From Lingula anatina (lineage: Eukaryota; Animalia; Brachiopoda), in contig CM120640.1 of NCBI GenBank assembly GCA_051362555.1, positions 57,142,788 to 57,206,787 on the forward strand: 64,000 nt of DNA. The letters run 5' to 3'. The position numbers were made by a program, and so were the translations under genes. The notes under the pieces are model-generated. The model was not told the DNA's origin, did no database searches, and worked only from the letters and a program-made list of their open reading frames with translations. Each line of letters begins with the position of its first letter. Position 1 is the first letter of the stretch. This document shows, one piece after another, positions 58,125 through 64,000 of the stretch.

Positions 58125-60591
58125 TTCTATTCAACTCACGTTCTTCCTAGTGTATCTACACGCTCCCCGAAACTCTTGCACTTCCACAATGTAAATTGCT
58201 GCACTTTATCGTTCATAAAACTCCAAAAGTGTCAGAGCACCAAAAAGTCCAATTGTTCCCTCCGCGCATGCGTATCCGTGTTACGCAATGCAATAAAAGT
58301 GACTCTTTTCAGGACACTACCTCTCGAAAACCAGCTGGATTACCCCCAGTTTTTTTCATATTTGTACTTATATGGAGAGAAGAGTTTGTCTTACAATTTT
58401 TATCAAAATTCTAGGGCAGAAATGGTGTTTCTCAAATATGAGAGAGTTTCCTTAAATTAATTAATTGTTTATACATGTAGCTGGACGAGAATAATCTGAA
58501 TTGTTCTGACTGTTGACTATTGTCATCAGACAGCATACCAATACAACACAACACGTCTTGTTGAGATGTAGTAGTGGTAAACTTTAAAAAGGAAAAAATA
58601 AAATACAATTACAAAGGCAATATCCAAGTAAATTTTACAAAATTATTTCGTCCAGAACTGAAGGCCAATTATAGGAATACAGTTGTGGCAATATTTAGAA
58701 TGCTTTGTAAATCTCTAGATTAGTTACTGTCATAAAGGTAAGACAGTTTAAAGACAGTTTTCGTACAAAGCTTAAGAATAATACAGTGTTACAATAGAAT
58801 GTTTCTGTACAAAAATTAAGAACATTTACAGTACTAGTCAAACAAATGTAAATTCCTACAAGAAGCGGTGTTACTGACTAAAACGTGCGAAGCAGTACTG
58901 ATAACGTGCTGCAGATTCACAATCACCTGAAAACGGAAACCAACAATATGTTTGATCACATGCTAAACACTAAACAATTTTATCATGTGCATCCCGACCC
59001 TAATACAGTAAGTTTGCGCTAAACTAAGTAGCTGTTCTATGATCAGATATAGCTTTTACGGAGGGTTTATACCATGAAATACACCAACTAAAACACAGAA
59101 ACATATTGCATGAATGAAAACAAATATCATCATGTTTTGCTTTCTAGCTATTTAAGAATACAAAAGAAAAAGAAAACCAGTTTCAGTTCATTAAGAATTA
59201 GTCCACGAAAGGACCTCATTTTACTCATGAATCAAATTAACTTATGGTTCAAATCTAGATGAAAATTTGATGAAGTGATTTTATATTCCGCTGCAGGTCA
59301 GTAGTAGCTGGTGTGGTAGTTACCGATGTATACAACTAGTATCTGTTAATGTGTGTTATTGTACTCCTGAGGTTTTTGTATTCTGTTACTTTAGATTAAT
59401 AGGCTACAGAGGAATACTTATAATGGCACCAAGTTTGTTATGGGACGTGAAAAAATTCATCCAGTATCAAGTGTTTCATGATATATGTGCATAATGTGCT
59501 ACTGCTGTTGTCTTGAATCGATCCCCTATCATATAGTGTATGATTTAATCAAACTTAACTGTTCAACTGCTGAAAGCTTTTTAAAACTTAGTATTTCATT
59601 TTCCCCCACATGGGCTCTTTCACCATATATATCATAAAGCTCATGCAATAATGGGGACACATCCTTCCAGAAATCAATAGAAAGGATCTGCAGCCCATTT
59701 AACAGAGCTAGCTAGAGCATGATGATATAAGTTATGGATCTATGTCGATCTGCACTGACAAAGTATCACTGTGACCAAGTTTAAATGACAAGCACTATGT
59801 TGCTTTTATTTCCCAACAATATTGTGAAATATTATAAATAAAAGCTGAACACGAAGGGTATTAAAAGAAACATAATTGAACATTCTTAAACATCAGACTC
59901 TGTTAACAAAAAATATGAACGGAGGTAAAAAATTATATAACTTCAACATTTTAGAAATTGTTAAAAGATTGTATAATTTGTATTAGATTAGTTAAATACT
60001 TCAACCAATACCTTTTCATTTTAACCAATAATGTTTTATTTGAGCCAAATCCTATTCTTTTGTTGAATAAAATTGAAGTTGTTTATTTCATTATCTCTTT
60101 ATTTTTAGTTTTGCAAATAACCATGCTTTAAATTAGCTATATATAGTTTTTTTACTTTTTTGCTTCATTTAACACATTTGAAATGTTCCCTTAACACTTG
60201 TCACATTTGTTATCCACAAGTTGGTTTAGTTATTTGAAGGGAATATCAGTGATGAAAATAAAGAATCAATGTAGAAATTAAGTCTTGTGTTGGTCATATC
60301 ATGATAAAATATGAAACCATATGCACTAACACAAGTGTTGTAATTACAGGATAATTTGGGATGTACTGGTATGTATGTAATATATGTAGTAAACAGACTT
60401 AAACCACATTCCAATCAATTTGTGACAGCTTAACTGAGTACTGCAGTTTTCTAAGCAGATCATGTGAAGACCTAGTAAGAATGGCAATCAAATCCCTCCA
60501 TTTTCTGGACCATAGCTGTAATAAATAGGGGGAGATTCCTGGTATAAGTTGTCTGTCTTTGAGATTGATCTTACATCTTCTGATAACGTTA

Positions 60592-60594
<3 letters not shown>

Positions 60595-60662
<68 letters not shown>

Positions 60663-60675
60663 TGTGTGTGTGTGT
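60595..60675. repeat. (CT)n(GT)n microsatellite
   Basis: Direct reading. Confidence 0.95.
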
Positions 60676-60757
60676 TGAATACAACTATAATTTGACTGAA
60701 AATAAAGTTGGCAGCATAGTAATAAAGTTGGAGGCCTGTGCTTGTTAATTGAGTCTA

Positions 60758-60903
60758 AGGGTGCATTAGCAATGAAACTATCGTACCAAAGGTTGAAAGT
60801 TAATCACCTTCATGTCATTAAGTTAATCTGAATGCATTCAGCTAGAGTCCCTGTGGAGTTGGATCCATCTATCTAATATGATAGTTTCATTGGGAAGGCA
60901 CTT
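60758..60903. mobile_element. Small diverged MITE
   Basis: gggtgc..caatgaaactatc ... gatagtttcattg..gcac inverted termini. Confidence 0.5.
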
Positions 60904-61520
60904 TTGGCTGTGATCAGGTTGCATTATACAATATGTCTCTTTATTCCATGACAGCAGGGGAATTGAAATTTCTTGATGTATTTAAATACAGATGATTTAT
61001 GCTACTTTTCATGTGGAATTTTGATAAACAGATCATATACCTTTATGGTGGAGGCAAAATTTTAGGGACCTAGAAATGGTGTTTCCTAAGAAGTTTTTTC
61101 CCCTTTCATTCAGAGTCCCATTAGGCCTCTCATTTTGTGCATTTTGGTCATGTTGACAGTAGGATACGCTGTCTCTTTATAGCTACATGTATGTTAATAA
61201 TGTTCCACTTGTCTATCATGTAAAAAAAAAATTAATAAGGAATTTTGCCGTGAATAGTGATATTAGGGCATATTTTGGGTCTGTAAGAGAAACCAAATGG
61301 AGTCTGCTCTGTGTAAGGAAGATTCTTTATGATGAATGGCTGCTGTGCCGAAAAATGTCTAAAATTGCTCATAAGTTGGCTGCTATGATGGAGGTCCGCT
61401 TTGTCATTCGCTATTTCAAAGTGTTTGCTGTGACGGTATTGCGAAAAACTATATTGATGTGGTAGCTGCATTTGTTGCGAAATTGGGGTAAGCACTGATC
61501 TCCATGTCAAAGAAATGTGC

Positions 61521-61893
61521 AGAACTGATGAATATTCATAATACGCAGGTCAAGTTTGAAAATCAGCATGATTGGGCCATTTTTTCCAAAGTTATGCTGT
61601 TTTTTCACTTTTTTCAGCATCTATGAAACACGGATAACATGATAAGTGGAAAACCATTTCACCTTTTGGCTTGAAACTTACAGAACTGATGAATATTCAT
61701 AATATGCGGGCCAAGTTCGAAAATCAGCATGATTGGGCCATTTTTTCCAAAGTTATGCTGTTTTTTCACTTTTTTCAGCATCTATGAAACGCCAATAACA
61801 CGATAAGTGGAAAACCGTTTTATCTTTTGGTTTGAAACTTACAGAATTGATAAATATTCATAAAACGCAAGTCAATTTCGAAAATCAGCATGA
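61521..61893. repeat. 161-bp tandem repeat (~2.3 units), HINE-type central repeat
   Basis: agaa(c/t)tgat(g/a)aatattcataa at 61521, 61682, 61843. Confidence 0.85.
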
Positions 61894-61907
61894 TCAGTTT
61901 TAAAATA

Positions 61908-62760
61908 ATCAGGGAAGAGTACACTTAACTTCAAAGAGTTGGGAAAGCACGCTGCCATCCTAAGTCAGTGTTTAAACAGCGATGACATGAAATCGTTTTT
62001 CGTGAACTACACACATAGCTAATTTAATTAGTCTCATTTAATATTCTCGTGACCAGGTCATTTAGTCATCTATGGAAATCTCCACTATTTATGGTAAGTC
62101 CCTGAGCCAAATCTGAATGGGTAAACAAAACTGCACGCTAACTTTTGTTTCTGAAGGAAACGAAACAGGATTGGGCCATAGCATCTCTGATTACATGCTC
62201 AGATGACAGGATTTATTTACACATTGTTTTTTTTTTTTTTTTGGAAAGCAGAGTGTATTTCAGGTTTTTGAATCCCAAAATTGAACTATTTGTATAGTTA
62301 AAGTCTATGGGAGATTATACTTTGTACTGAAGTTGAAAATGTAAATGATGGTAATGCACAACAACCCGTTTTCTTCACCCATCAAAATTTGCCACAAAGA
62401 GCAATTTTGTTTTTACTCTGGTGTATGTGCCGTAAATGATCCCTGAGATGGCTAAAAACATGACAATTCTATTCTGACAGCTTTCTTTTCCGTAAGGCAC
62501 AGCTGCAAAACAGAGTTGTATGTCTGTGTACCAGATTATAGTGTTGTTTTAATGTCATATTTGGCTATGAATTAAAAAGTTTAAAATACACAGCAATTGG
62601 AAGAACGTTCACAAAACTGTTTGTTATAATAAGGCAAATCCATCCCCTTTCGCATGAAAGCACCCCATTGTGATCCAACACATAAGAATATTTTGACAGA
62701 CTTACAAAGATGATGACCCATTGCTGTTACCCAGTGTTGTGGACACGCAGATATACCCCA
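61908..62760 (+). repeat. Interspersed repeat family B, longest copy
   Basis: Homologous to 8082-8719 and, inverted, to 14400-15700. Confidence 0.75.
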
Positions 62761-63730
62761 GTATAAAGGAATTTTTATCATAAACCCAAAAAACTGTGGT
62801 GCTTTCAAATTGAAATATAAAGTAATTTGGTGGTCACGTATTAAGTGACCATGCATGGGATTTCATTTGAAAAAAAAAAAAATTGCATAGTGCTTCAAGG
62901 CAAAGAATAAGCTATCCTTCACCAGCCTATGTCTGAAAATTGTCTCTGTATGATATTTAAGTGATATATGAGCTAGGTAAGACAGATGAGAAAAGAACTG
63001 CAATGATCTCTCAGCTTATTAATTGAACAGCATCACCGATCTTTCAAAACCATGATCTTTGACTACTAGTACTTTTCCTGTACCAGGAGTTGATTTTAAT
63101 GCCAGTAGCAGGATGTTAATCATCAGTGATGGTGGGATGTTACCTTCTCAGTATCCTTGTTTCCTCAGAACTGCCCGTAGGCTTTCATTTCCTGCTTTTT
63201 CTTTTTGAATAGTAGCAGGTGCAATGGTCTGAAACTGGAATTCATTCTGAAGAAGCTGTGTTCAGAAAATGACAATATTTTAGATTAGAAATATGTCTAA
63301 CATGTGTCAGTTGACACCCAAATCACACAGAGTATTGCAAGTTGGGCTGATTTAAAGTCTGAAGTAGTCCTGTGTGATCATGCCTTTACAGTTAATTTTC
63401 ATACTGGAAATAAGGTGTCAGGCTCCTTGTGTTTCGTGCCAAGATTACTTATAGTCACTTTGGCATATTCCCTCGTGGTTATCAATTATCCACTGATTTA
63501 TGTATTGTTTCTTGGTCATTAGCAAGGGTTATCCAGGAGCATCCATATTTTTCAGTGCTTGTAGAGAAAAAATCTTTAAAATATGTAAAGCATTGCACCT
63601 GCTCAATTTCATGGTTACATATAAAAAGATTTTGGTGAAGACCAATTCGTCTGGATAGAATTTAGTGTAGGAAATGGATGTCATTCTTAGGTGCATAGTC
63701 TGTGGTAAGCATTTTTCTTCTTGCCCCTTA

Positions 63731-63761
<31 letters not shown>

Positions 63762-63769
63762 ACACACAC
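63731..63769. repeat. poly-C/(CA)n
   Basis: Direct reading. Confidence 0.9.
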
Positions 63770-64000
63770 ATGCACACATGCACTAACTCTTTATTTGGTT
63801 TCATTTTTATCTCTTTTATTTTCTCTATACATAAGGGCCATTCAAGCTGACAATTTCTAATTAATGCAACCTGCTTTTCCTCCTTGCTGGGCATATTAGC
63901 CAAAAATTTAATGCATTTTCTTTTCATGGAAATATTTCTTGACACATGTAAATTAAATATTTTGTCCAGAATAACAATCATCACAACTCAAACTCCTGCC

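Larger units (their letters stand above)
53378..58288 (-). mobile_element. Near full-length non-LTR retrotransposon (RTEX-like LINE)
   Basis: ORF1 plus APE-RT ORF2; C-terminal GDCGRFPL, RLRCGNHNLMIEKGRH, CTLC..ENEYHFLLTC; 3' end AATAAATATCTTG; 5' boundary approximate, no clear TSD. Confidence 0.9.

Noticed and set aside
1-64000. tRNA, rRNA, snRNA or conserved miRNA genes
   Set aside because: None recognised by eye; the hairpins seen are explained by transposons. An Infernal or tRNAscan run is needed to exclude them.

Overview
AT-rich, intron-containing animal genomic DNA; the repeat repertoire suggests a mollusc or other lophotrochozoan (inference). Two spliced host genes lie on the minus strand. 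The first is a TERB1 (CCDC79) meiotic telomere-protein orthologue with 14 phase-consistent coding exons (13887 to 397), whose 3' end runs off the window. The second is a four-jointed/FJX1-like Golgi secretory kinase with 5 coding exons (28282 to 17866, ~692 aa). The rest is mostly transposon-derived: a 4.4-kb Helentron-type non-autonomous element (HINE) with a ~146-bp satellite in a TERB1 intron, a 4.5-kb DIRS1 retrotransposon 9 bp from a four-jointed splice acceptor, a near full-length RTEX-like LINE, older LINE relics and many MITEs. Most notable: the DIRS target site mirrors the element's own circle junction; the DIRS rewires a host 3' splice site; the LINE has ORF1 and an AUG-less ORF2 in one frame across a TAG; and the satellite carries ~18 nuclear-receptor DR1 sites. 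All calls were made by reading the sequence, with no database searches. Reference-protein fragments are quoted from memory.
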